A stretch of DNA of 63,091 nt, counting the filler, from Octopus bimaculoides (taxonomy: Eukaryota): NCBI RefSeq assembly GCF_001194135.2. It is 5 parts of 5 records of this genome, joined end to end, with 100 filler letters (N's around TTAATTAATTAA, not from the genome) between each part and the next. Parts side by side here need not be neighbours in the genome. Positions count along the whole stretch, not along the records: positions 11,908 to 24,927 come from NC_068982.1; positions 25,028 to 47,403 come from NC_068984.1; 3 more parts are not named here. The stretch is one strand, 5' to 3'. Of this stretch, positions 15,063 to 27,105 are shown piece by piece. The translations under genes and the position numbers were made by a program. The notes under the pieces were generated by a model. It ran no database searches, had not been told where the DNA came from, and saw nothing but the letters and a program-made list of their open reading frames with translations. Every line of letters starts with the position of its first letter. The stretch's first letter is position 1.

Positions 15063-15119
15063 CAGTTGTTATTTTTGTTGTTGTTTCTGTTGTGGCTGTT
15101 ATTTTAGTAACAGTGGCAA

Positions 15120-16330
15120 AGCTGAAATAAAACAGCTATTTTTTTCACAAGGTTTTGATGTTTCATCCTTCTCACGTCCCAAGAGTCTTTCTTGTGGTTC
15201 TTACACAACAGAGAATTGTCATTTTTCGCATATCAGCAATATGTGTCTTAGCTTCAATCTTTCACGAAAATTATTTCCGCATGTGTCTACCATATTCCAT
15301 ATCTTGTCAGGTTGTGAGTGTTCTCAACTTTCTCAGTTAACCTGATATCCACAATAATATCATACGGAATTCCAATGCAGTGATTTCTGTCTTCCATGAT
15401 GATATCTGGTCTCAGCGATTAAATGGAGTCATTGATTACTATGGAGGGTTCCCTTTAATTTCTGTAATTATTTTGAAGCATGATAGCATCTGGCTTTTGT
15501 TCACAGAAATGTTTCGGTACTTTTAATCCAAAAGCCGGGACATTGTTCCAATGTACATCTTGTTGACAAAGTAATGCTTATATTTATACTCTTTTTTTCT
15601 GATAGTTATAGCATTCTTTTAGTGACTTAATATTTTTAATAGTATAATTTAGTCTTTTCTTGCTATGCTTGCCATAGCTTTTCAATTAGAAATTACAGCG
15701 TTGATGATAAAGTTTGCATTTCATAAACTTCTGCCAACGTCTTAGTGAATAGAACTTATCAATATAATATTTAGGGTAGTGTGGATCATGCAATGTGAGG
15801 AGAGTCGTTGTCCCGTGTAATTCATATGTATTCCATATATTTTTCGACTTAATGATATAGCAAAGTATCTGAAAACACCATGGTCCTCCTGGTAGTGGTG
15901 ACGATATTACTTACATTTAGATTTGTTTCAACCATCTTCCAAATTCTCCTCATGTAATCTTTGGAGACTTTATCTCTCATTTTCATTTACATTAGTTTAT
16001 CATACCGCTGCACCCGGGGATGCTTCTATCATTTATTTTCTTTCATAGTGATTTCATATTGCAGTATATTTTCCCGTCAGATTTTAAGTTTTGACGAATT
16101 TTCGTGATTAAAACTACACATTTATTTACTCCATCCTTCATGCAAAAAGTAGATATATGGAGTCAAATTGAATAATATATAAAATGAATATTATAAAAAT
16201 GGAAAGCATTGGAGTCTCTATCTGCCAGTAACATTTACATGATTTTTTTGGTAACAGTGAAAACCTTTTTTTAGTATAAGCCCCACGCAGTAAAATATTT
16301 TTCTAGAAATGTCAGTTGGCCTGTGGTTTT
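15120..16330 (-). mobile_element. Heavily decayed R4/Dong fragment (RT C-terminus to RLE end)
   Basis: KMRDKVSKDYMRRIWKM, LLTLHDPHYPK, LRPDIIMEDRN and the terminal DMRKMTILCCVRTTRKTLGT*. On its own strand the 3' end runs into (ACT)n(AAT)n. Confidence 0.7.
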
Positions 16331-18296
16331 CAGTATCTGAGCGTTCAACAATATCATATAGTAAGGCGGCTTACCTGTTTTTGTCGAACGATTATACGTC
16401 AGTTTACCTAGCAAGCATAGATGCAAGATACAGTGATATCAGAACGAATTAAGGGAAAAAATTCACTACAATTAAATAGGAAATGTTGAAAATTTTCCAA
16501 TTGAGTGATAAGCATTAGCCAGCTAGGGATAGGTGGTCATTATCGACATGTATTGGGTGGCAACAATCCAATAGCTTGTTTTTCTCGATGATAGATACTA
16601 CAGGCTGTAACAATAAATCAAATTTATCAAAGAAGATTAGAATTGATAAACTCCTAGAAAGTAAGCGAAGAGTCTGTTAAGGATAATTCTTGTGATGTCC
16701 TTGAACTCATTTCCCCGAACACAGAATCCCATAGAATGTGAGAGAAAGATGTATAGCTTTTTCTGTGCCCCTTCCTAAAGGAATGTAACTGTTACAAAGT
16801 ATTATTGTAGGACCATAGGATTTAATGCTGTTGTAGTTTCGCGTCAAGCTCGAGGGGGGCACTATAGCTCACCTGTTAAATGGCAATCGCCTATCTAATA
16901 TAGATGAAGACACTAATACAGCGTGAAGCTGCTTACTGCTATTTTGAAATTATTTCCGAATGAAACATAGGTATAAAAGTGTTTATTAACCTTCAATGTC
17001 TAAGTTAATTTCTCATTTTAAAATATATATCCCTACCAAAATTGCACGTACAACAGAAACATATATGTAGCCATACAATCTCTATTCACATCTCAATACG
17101 TAATAGCCCAAATCATTTCAACGCTAATTAGGGAGACCTGCATGCATATACATATATATGTGTGTATACGCATGTCTGTATATATACATGAATATGTATA
17201 TGGGTGTATGTACGTATGTATGTGTACATGTTGTGTACGTGCGCGTGTGCGTGTGTAATGTATNNNNNNNNNNNNNNNNNNNNNNNNNNNNNNNNNNNNN
17301 NNNNNNNNNNNNNNNNNNNNNNNNNNNNNNNNNNNNNNNNNNNNNNNNNNNNNNNNNNNNNNNNNNNNNNNNNNNNNNNNNNNNNNNNNNNNNNNNNNNN
17401 NNNNNNNNNNNNNNNNNNNNNNNNNNNNNNNNNNNNNNNNNNNNNNNNNNNNNNNNNNNNNNNNNNNNNNNNNNNNNNNNNNNNNNNNNNNNNNNNNNNN
17501 NNNNNNNNNNNNNNNNNNNNNNNNNNTATATATATATATATATGAGGTTGGTGCTTATTACAAATCAACTATTTGTTATAAACCAGTGTAGAAAGTCAAG
17601 GTTAAAGGGTATTCCTAAGCTACTAAAGTGTACGTTATATTTGTATTTTGCTAAATATATTTCATTCTTTTATATAATGATGAAAGTAGTCTTTTTTATT
17701 GACATCTTCCCAATATTCTCTACACTACTTGTGTATAATGTGGTCGGTGACCTTTCTCTTTTACATCGATAAATGACCTCTTAGTACAGATATCTTGAAC
17801 TATAAGTTTGTCTCCATATCTCATTGTCGTCTGCTTGTCATCTTTCTTTGGATATTTTCTGTGTTTTTGTTGGAATTACTTTCTTCCCCACCTCTAAATC
17901 GTCAACTCCTTTACTGTCACCACAAAATTCTTGTATTCTCTATGTATTCTACCATACGAATTAACTTTCTTCAATTTCCAAGTTTTAATATTGAAAAGAC
18001 GAATATATATGTTTAAACCCAACTATTCCATTTAATGAGATAGCATGTCATTTCTCTTGACCTATGTCATAAATCAACAAATACGTTTCAAAACTGCCAG
18101 CAAATATTCTTTCATATATTTTCACATTTTGTAGATTATTTGTATATATAATGTTCTTATATACGTATGTTATTCCTTTCTTTTTGTTACTTCATGTAAT
18201 CCGTGTTAGTGCATTGAAGGTGCTCCATTCCTCGAGTACATGCCATCGTACAGAGCAATGTTAATTGTACCTGATCACCATGTAGTTCAACGAGAT

Positions 18297-18900
18297 ATTA
18301 TTATTATTCTTTTCATCTCATCTTTTGTTGTAAATCCTGAAGTCTTCCATGCATAGCGGGCTAGCTGCCTGCAGGCGAAGGTATCATGTTATCTGTACTT
18401 TTCAACTATCTGATGCATTCCTGATTATTCTGGCCGTGCTAAGGGGGCAAACCTTTTGTAACAGATCTACCGGGCACTCTATTCCAATTTCCTTTATATT
18501 CCTTTTGATCCCTTCTGATACTATCACCAAAGAGGCAATAGCAATTGGCATTAATTTCACCTTCATTTTTCCATTGTCGGACTATTTTGTACTTAAGAAG
18601 TTTGTAGACATCTACTTTTTCGCATTCCTTCTTGACTATTCATTGGTCAAAGGAGCATACAGCATCAAACATATAGCACACGTGGTACGCCTTGTCGACC
18701 TCCACTAGACGGATCCGTTATGCTCTAGTACCTGATCTGTTAGGATTAGAAAATTCCAGATTTTACAGGTTTTTGAACCCACCACTCTCTTCGTTTTACA
18801 TAACACGTCTTCCCTCTCTCTATCCCCCCCCACTACTTTTCGCTGTTTCGAATGTAGCACTTTCTAGTTTTCTGCAAGTGCTCCACCCTTATTGCAGCAC
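18297..18900 (-). mobile_element. R4/Dong 3' fragment: RLE domain, 3' UTR and short (AAT)4 tail
   Basis: Minus frame WNFLILTDQVLEHN..LVEVDKAYHVCYMFDAVCSFDQ*IVKKECEKVDVYKLLKYKIVRQWK...LLQKVCPLSTARIIRNASDS*. Confidence 0.85.
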
Positions 18901-18909
18901 TTATTTGTT

Positions 18910-19202
18910 CCTTCTTCTTCTTCTTCTTCTTCTTCTTCTTCTTCTTCTTCTTCTTCTTCTTCTTCTTCTTCTTCTTCTTCTTCATCTTCTTCTTCTTCCT
19001 CCTCTTCTTCTTCTTCTTCTTCTTCTTCTTCTTCTTCTTCTTCTTCTTCTTCTTCTTCTTTTCTTCTTCTTCTTCTTCTTCTTCTTCTTCTTCTTCTTCT
19101 TCGTCTTCTTCTTCTTCTTCTTCTTCTTATTATTATTATTATTATTATTATTATCATTATCCTCCTCCTCCTCCTCATCATATCATCATCATCTTCATCA
19201 CC

Positions 19203-19236
<34 letters not shown>

Positions 19237-19381
19237 TCATCATCGTCATCATCATCATCGTCATCATCATCAACACCACCATCATCATCATCATCATCAT
19301 CATCATCACCATCGTCATCATCATCATCTTCATCACCATCATCACCATCGTCATCATCATCATCATCATCATCGTCATCAT
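18910..19381. repeat. Compound triplet microsatellite (TTC)n(TAT)n(TCC)n(CAT)n(CAC)n(CAT)n
   Basis: Read directly. Explains the poly-S/L/H/D/E ORFs here. Confidence 0.97.
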
Positions 19382-19489
19382 TGCAACCTAAGTAGTATAC
19401 CTCAAAAGTGTTTAATATAGAAAACAATCTTAAGTGAATGTACGCGGGAAAATCAAACTACATTTCCGGTTTCATGCCGAAATCTTGAC

Positions 19490-19900
19490 AGCGTTCTCTC
19501 ACCACCAAATAGCATGAGAGATGACGTAAAAAAGGCATTACAAACTTACAAAATATTCAAAATGCTCAGACAAAACCATTCCCAAGAATATCATTAGAAT
19601 TTATGATATATATAGAAGCACACAGATGGGTTGGACAGTGGGTTGTGTGCAATATACTACTACCTGGAGATAAAGTGTTTTACGATCTTCAGATTCATTG
19701 TCATGGTATAATTAGAAACGAAACACTCTTTATCACGACACGGGTTTCTTTCCGATTACCTGTACTGACAGTTACATTATTCCAAACATCGTATGATCCA
19801 AAATTTCCAAAGAGAAATTCTCAGCGTGGACGCTCGATACACTGGAAAGTAAAGCCTTGCATTCCTAAATTACAGAACACCATCTATCACATTCAGTAAT
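19490..19900 (+). mobile_element. Possible very old CR1/L2-type RT relic
   Basis: Scattered frames DDVKKALQT and LETKHSLSRHGFL..SVDARYTGK*SLAF loosely resemble the QHGF and VDxIYxDFxKAFD motifs. Confidence 0.3.
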
Positions 19901-20932
19901 GTAACACGAAATATACTGTCTCTTTCTGTAAACAGACGAAAACAATATCGCAGTAGGAGAATATTTTGGCAATATATCCGCTTTATAATATATACCTTTT
20001 AAACTACACCCTCACTACACACATTACATCTTTCATGTGAAATACAAGATTCTCGACTTAATTTGTAAAACATAGCAGTTTTTTTGAATTGCCCTATATT
20101 TTGATCTGTTGCAAATAAGACTACACCGCATTTCTTATGAATTTAGTGAAGCTGAGACAGATTGTCTTCACCTCAAAACAGAAACAAAAACTTCAAATTA
20201 CTCTCACTTAAGTGTTCTTTTCAACTTCCATATTTTTCCTTTTTCATAATTATCGGTGTCTAGTTTACTTATATATTATACGAACATTTATGTATAAATT
20301 TTATGTATCTAGAAGAATTCTAGTCTAAAACACTGGTCATGGATAATTGCAAATTATCCAAACAGATCGTTATGCATAACAAAATTAAACGTACGAAAAT
20401 CTTTGAGGTATTGCTGAGAGAAAACATAGCAGGAAATAATAAAGGAGAAAGTTAATTTCTCGTCAAAATATCTAATGTACGTACATATTATGTACAGATG
20501 TCAAATTTGTGTGACGCCATTATCACCCACACTGTTACATTCTGAAAGCCCACTCAATGCATAAGAAGCAAAAATAGGTAATATATTTGGCTAACAGACG
20601 ACAAAAAGCAGCGTTAGTGTGAGAACAATATAATAATAACCATTATTATATGGCAGCGCTCTAAAATTACGGATTCTACTACACTTGTTACAATTTTGTT
20701 ATCAAGAACTTCAGCTAGCTTGGTAAGAAACTCTCAGGAACGCCGTCAAGCCCCAGTCAATTACCTTTAATTAATCAACATTGCATATTTTGACATTTCA
20801 CTTGTCAACGCTACAATAACTTGCGTAACTTAGTCAACACTATACATTGAAGATTTTTCAACAAAAATAAAAGCTGACCTTAAAGAAGATAATTCTAGAG
20901 GTGTGTGTGTGTGTGTGTGTGTGGGTGTGTGT

Positions 20933-20979
<47 letters not shown>

Positions 20980-21418
20980 TGTGTGTGTGTGTGCTAAACG
21001 TTATTGTGTAGAAATCACCTAATTTCCAATTGTTTTGCTTTGAAATACAGATTTGTTTTTGAAGTTAAATAATAATAATCTTAGCACGGAACAATTCATA
21101 TATTCCGTATATTAAGGTATTAACCGCTATTCTTCATATCAGAAGAAGAATTGCGGAATTATGGAATATTCAACAAGTAGGTATGAATGTTTTCATTTAC
21201 TTTTTTTCTCCTTTTAATTCCAATACTAAATTATGCGACCCATGATTTATCATCAGAGTGGTGGGGTCATTTCTTCCTTATCAAAACATTGACGTATAGG
21301 GTTAATTAAGAAAGGAAATGAAAAATCAATTGCCTTTGGGTACATAAACAAGTTCTTATCTGCTCAGTTGCTAAGTCTCTCCCCGTCTGGCTACCAGTTT
21401 AAATCTTGAATAGAATCG

Positions 21419-21620
21419 GTATTACCCTGCTTTCGCTTTTGCATGCAATGTATAGTAGTGGATCGTCTTTTTCTGTTTATCTGTGTATTTGCAAAATTAA
21501 TGGACAACGGCTGAAATGATTTTCACCAAATTTGATAGAAATAATCATTGGGTAAGTGGCTCGAACTCATTATTTTGGTTTGATTATCTTCAAAACTGGC
21601 AGATGTGTGAATCAAAATTA
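21419..21620 (+). mobile_element. Possible Helentron/DINE-1-like non-autonomous fragment
   Basis: Starts TATTACCC, has a short tgtttatctgt tract and the motif ggctgaaatgattttcaccaaatttg typical of HINE-like elements. Confidence 0.3.
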
Positions 21621-23180
21621 CATTTTTCTTTGTTACATATGCATACGCGATAAGTAGGGGAAATAACTTTTAATGTCATTTTGTATATCTCTATCTATTC
21701 AATTAAATTTTATTCTATCGTTATGTGCGCGCAGGATATGCATCACCCCTCCGATGCCGTTTTTTTTTTATTCATTCCCATCTTCAATACCGATTCAATA
21801 CCGATTGTATCAAATTTTAGCTGTCAAGTATGGTGACACAAACGTACCTTCCTAAGTAATGCATAGGAACTATATGCTTAACGCAGCCCAAAAACTTTTA
21901 AATCTCACACAAAAAAAAAGACAATGGAAGCATAAACTTTTGTAGCTATAGAGTGTTTCTGCTCCTTAAAATCCTGAATGTCGTTGATCAAACGATATCA
22001 GTTTATGTATGGTAATGCACGGGAATAACTTAAAGTAACAATACCAGATACGAGGATAACTGGTTTCGTGATGGAAAATATTAATTCCCCATTGCAGAAA
22101 TTGTCATTTCTATAGAGAATCTACAGTGTGTAAGTATACATTATCGCCAAAATTATATATTTCTATTCATCTATTCGTGTTATTATGCATAAAATCTGGC
22201 TCTCTTTCCACTGAAAAATATAATTAAAATAATCCTTGTTTTTGTGAAAAAAATGTATATTATATCACGCGTCTACGTATAATTTAATTCTGTCCTAGGA
22301 AATATATAATTTCTTTTCTAAAAATAAAATTAAAGCATGCAATTTCCTACTGTTAATACAAATATAGGAAAATGCATTTCTAATCCAAATGAATTGAAAA
22401 CTACAGTTTCCTGTGCACAGCTTCAGGAAATGTGGACGTTTAGTTGTCAGGATATAGTATTATTTTCCTACATAATGCACAGAAAAATATTTTCACTCAG
22501 TAAGCAATGTTCAGTGGATCTAGGAAAAGCAGCAGGTAAAAAACTAAATGGCTTCATTGTGACTACACAGTGAGCAAAACACTTCAATAGAAGAAAAATA
22601 AAATATAGGAAATATTATTTACTTAATATTCATTGATTTGGTTTAATATTCATAAAATGGAAAATATGCCCAGCCTTGTAATATCCTTATCATTTCTGAC
22701 TTCATCAGAAATTTACATTTGGAAGAAATATTGCCTCAATAACAGCAACAAACGTGTTTCCTTTGTTTATTTTTTTACTCGATTTACTTGTATGGAATCC
22801 GAAAGTACATATTGGTAGTGAGAGTGGGCGAATTATATATCTGCATAAAATATACTACCTTACATCCACACACTTTTGTATTTACATTTTCATATAAAAA
22901 AATGACGTTACAAAATATCTTTCACTGCAGGATATTGTCATATGAGCATTCGTAGTATCGTCGGTATATTCGGAATTAACCGACCATATGTATGACTAGA
23001 AATATCGCAGCTATGTATCTGTAGGGTATAAACGATACAACTCGGTATAGGAAAGCATGTCAATCGTGACACTTTATCTCGGTATTGATTATATTTTATG
23101 ATTAGAATGAACGTATTGAACAATTCATACTTTGAAATGTTAAACTTGTATTTCTACTTTGAAACGGCTTGCATACGAAT

Positions 23181-24190
23181 TCAGCCAAAAAACACTTCTA
23201 CGATATGCAGCAATGTTCTATATATCACTTGCTTCCATCTATTTACACGCTTTTTAATCCCAGCAATGTAAAACTCTTTTCGTTTCGAAGCGAAGAACAA
23301 TGAAATGTCAGTTGCAACCTCCTCCTGTCTTGCCAAAGTTATGTCCCCAAAATGACTCTGTAAACTACGAAACAAATTATAGTCTGACGGAGTAAGGTCG
23401 GGAGAATAAGGTGGATGGAGAACTTTTTCCCAACCAAATTCTTCGATCTTCTGTAATGTGATCTCTGCAGTGTGGGATCGCGAATTTTCCTGATGAAACA
23501 TCACTCCTTTTCGATTCACTAAAGCGGGTCTTTTTTTTCTCCAATGCTTGATTCAAACGCTCTACTTGCTGACGGTATACTTGAGCATTGATTGTTGCAG
23601 TAGGTGGTAACAATTTAAAGTGAATTACTCCTTTGAAATCCCACTAGATAGAGAGAAGAATATTTTTCACATGAAGTTCCCTTCTCAGTTGTGGTTGAGT
23701 GTTTCCCTTTTACCAAGCCACTGTTTACGACGTTTAACATTTCGATAGAAGATCTATTTTTCGTCACCAGTCACAAGTCTTTCCAAAAAGGGTGAAATGA
23801 GTTCCCGAGAATAGAGAGAAGAGAAGATGTCAACTCGGGATTGTGGTTGTTTTTGGAAAATTCATGAGGCACCCATTTTCCAAGTTTAGAAACCTTTCCA
23901 AATTGTTGTCGATGTCGATGAACAGTTGAATGGTTTGAACTAAGCTTTATTGCCAATTCTTCAACTGATAATACAGGGGTTTCTCCAAGTAATGCCTTAA
24001 GGAGCTTATCATCAAACTCAACTAAACGTCCTGTTCGATCTTCATTCACGGCTGAAATCTCAACTTCTGAAATTTGCGAACTATCTTCTGAAAGTTCTTT
24101 CATTCCAGCATTCTTTCTCATAAACTGTGTGCATGTTTCGAGTCGCTTTAGCTGCAAAGATGCCTTTTTTTTGTACTCATAAAGCATTAT
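23181..24190 (-). mobile_element. Mariner transposase pseudogene, nearly full length and frameshifted
   Basis: ORF pieces carry LGKWVPHEFS, the HQENSRSH variant of HDNARPH, and LHPPYSPDLTPSDYNLFRSLQ. TIRs could not be paired. Confidence 0.9.
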
Positions 24191-24971
24191 GTGCTTTAAA
24201 TGCTCTTTGGATACTTCATGATTGAAAGGGTTTTAATCAAAGAAATTTTAATTCGATTATTCTGTACAATAATATTTAATTACTTTGAATATACACAAAT
24301 GCATAAAAAAAAATTTTAATTCCTTTAGACATTCTAAAATACTATTAAATTTCATTCAATTAAAAAAAAAGGGAGATCGAACAGAAATTATGGGTAAGCT
24401 AACTCGAAAAATCATCACCAAAATAGCAGAAAAAAACGATAGTGAAGGTATGCAGACTCTTCAAGAATCGATCCTTTTGGTTATATTAATAATAATAAAG
24501 GAGTTACGACGCAAAAACGTTTGAATTGAAATGAACATATTTATCTTCAATATATATTTCAGTATAAAGAATTCATTAAGAGACTTAAATCAACATTTCT
24601 TTACACATCATTCAGGAATAAATATAACATCAGAAAAAATACATTCCGTTTAAAAACACAAACCGTTCATGGCGAAAAAATTTCACAATTACAAAAACCG
24701 AACAAAATTTTTAAAGTTTAAGCTAAAAGAACGCTATTACCTGCATACAGGCATCCGCGTGTGCGCCCGTACACACACGCACACACGTTCATGCGCGCAC
24801 ACACGTGCACTCTCACATATATATGTATGCATACACAAACAAGCAAAGTTCACAAGTCATAAACACATACACACACACACACATACATACACACACACAC
24901 ACACACATACATCCACATATATATATANNNNNNNNNNNNNNNNNNNNNNNNNNNNNNNNNNNNNNNNNNNN

Positions 24972-24983
24972 TTAATTAATTAA
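24972..24983. other. Artificial scaffold linker
   Basis: N44-TTAATTAATTAA-N44. Confidence 0.97.
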
Positions 24984-25044
24984 NNNNNNNNNNNNNNNNN
25001 NNNNNNNNNNNNNNNNNNNNNNNNNNNACAAAAGTCAAACATAA

Positions 25045-25240
<196 letters not shown>

Positions 25241-25244
25241 GTTA

Positions 25245-25437
25245 TTGTTTGAGGCACAAGCCTCAAATTTGAGGGAAGGAATTAAGTCGATTACATCGAC
25301 ACTAGTGCGTAACTGGTACTTATTTAACCGACCCCGAAAGGATAAAAGGCAAAGTCAACCTCGGCGAAATTTGAACCCAGAACGTAAAGCCGGACGAAAT
25401 ACCACTAAGCATTTCGTCCGGTATGCTAACGATTCTG
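25245..25437 (-). mobile_element. Family A SINE
   Basis: Reverse complement of the family A head and core. Confidence 0.85.
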
Positions 25438-25579
25438 AATAGAGTGCCCAGTAGAACTGATACAAAAAGTTTGCCTCCTTGGCACGGCCAGAATAATAAG
25501 AAATGTATTAGATAGCTGAAAAAAATGTATAGCGTAATACCGTAGGCCGCAGGTAGCAAGTCTGCTACGCATGCATGAC

Positions 25580-25845
25580 TCCAGGAGTTCTAACAGAACC
25601 TGTGATAAGAAGAAATGATAATAGTGGGGGTGGGGCTAAAGAGCGATAAGACGTGGCATGAGCACAAAAAGGCACTGAGTGGTAGAGTTGGAGACTGACA
25701 AAATCCTCTTGGATTTCCAAATCCAAACAGACCAGGAGCTAGAGCATAACAAACCAGACCTAGTGGTGGTGGACAAGGTGCATCACATGTGCTATATAGT
25801 TGATGTTGCATGGCCCTCTGACCAACGAACAATATCAATGTCAAT
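25580..25845 (+). mobile_element. R4/Dong RLE domain fragment
   Basis: ETDKILLDFQIQTDQELEHNKPDLVVVDKVHHMCYIVDVAWPSDQR contains the PD..D restriction-like endonuclease motif and is clearly similar to the 18297-18900 copy. Confidence 0.85.
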
Positions 25846-26651
25846 GTTTCTCGTTGTAAGTCTTGTGTTACATCACCCCACAAGATGTGACACTACTGTA
25901 TGGAGATATGTACGGCAAACTCAGCCTGTCACCTCACGTCGCGCTCGATAATGATGGCCTACCATATAATACTATGGATCATCCTCAATTGATAGAAGCC
26001 ACAATATTTCTACATATCGTCTAATCCTTATTTCAAATTGGTCTTCGATAGCATACTGAATAAATCTTCTAAAAGGCTGTACCGATTTCTTAGCTGCCTC
26101 TTACCACATTCTTTTCTCGAGAATTGATCCATATTCCAAATTGCCTTTTACGCAGAAAACATGGCCAGAAGATTTGCTATCGTTTTGTATCCTCTTTATT
26201 GTTTGAAATTGTAATTATTTTTCTGTGAGGAGCGAATATTTGCTTGTTTAAGTGTTGGCATTTTTACTGCTTGTCAATAATCATTTATGTCTTAAAATCG
26301 TCTAATTTACTAAACATTACCCCTGCTCAAACTTTTTTGTGCTGTTTTCGTCAAAAAGAAGAAAAGCTCTACATATTTTTCACAAAAGCCCATTGATACT
26401 TCCCCCAAATTCCACGAACACGTCTTGTTTCTTTCCCACGATAAGGTAAAACAGATATTCAGATGTTACAAAATACCTTTCATTCAACACAGCAACCCAC
26501 TCTTGTATGGAACTATACTTGAATATGTCCGCTCATCTCTACTCAAGAGAGAACAATAAATACAGTAAACATTCCATCACTAACAACTACAGTGATAAAC
26601 TTATCAACGAAAGCATCAACGACAATAATGGTGACAATATTATACAAACAT

Positions 26652-26836
26652 GAAGGTGGCGAAATGCTTAGCGGCATTTCGTCTGTCTTTGCGTTCTGAG
26701 CTCAAATTCCACTGAGGTCGACCTTGTCTCTCATACTTTCGGGGTCGATAAATTAAGTACCAGTTTCATACTGGGGTCAATCTAATGACTGGTCTCCTCC
26801 CCCAAAATTTCGGGCCTTGTGCCTAGAGTAGAAAAG
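26652..26836 (+). mobile_element. Family A SINE with a deleted head segment and 13-bp TSD
   Basis: TSD aatattatacaaa at 26636-26648 and 26837-26849. The head lacks gctggcagaaacgttagcacgccgggcga. Confidence 0.85.
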
Positions 26837-27050
26837 AATATTATACAAATATTATGAATGCCAGAATGAATTTGCAAAAAAATAAATGTAAATAAGTCCA
26901 ACATGGGCGAGAAGACCACAACTGAGTCTGTTGAGGATACTCTATAATCCTGACAACGTTACATTACCATGTACCCTGAATACTGGATATTCGTCGGTTA
27001 CGACGATGAGTGTTTTGCTGATCTGATTAACTGAAGAACTTACTCGTCAA

Positions 27051-27105
27051 AGGCGGCGAGTTGGCAGAAACGTTACCACGCCGGGCGAAATGCTGTCGGG
27101 TTTTG
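27051..27105 (+). mobile_element. Family A SINE, isolated head
   Basis: aaggcggcgagttggcagaaacgttaccacgccgggcgaaatgc. Confidence 0.75.

Noticed and set aside
21143-22535. Candidate plus exons 21143-21180 and about 22501-22535
   Set aside because: Phase-compatible, but the peptide is unrecognisable and there is no other support.
22690-22712. CTGATGA...GAAA on the minus strand
   Set aside because: No stem II and only a weak stem I; expected by chance in AT-rich DNA.
23100-24390. Terminal inverted repeats for the mariner pseudogene
   Set aside because: A TIR-like string near 24380 has no convincing partner at the other end.
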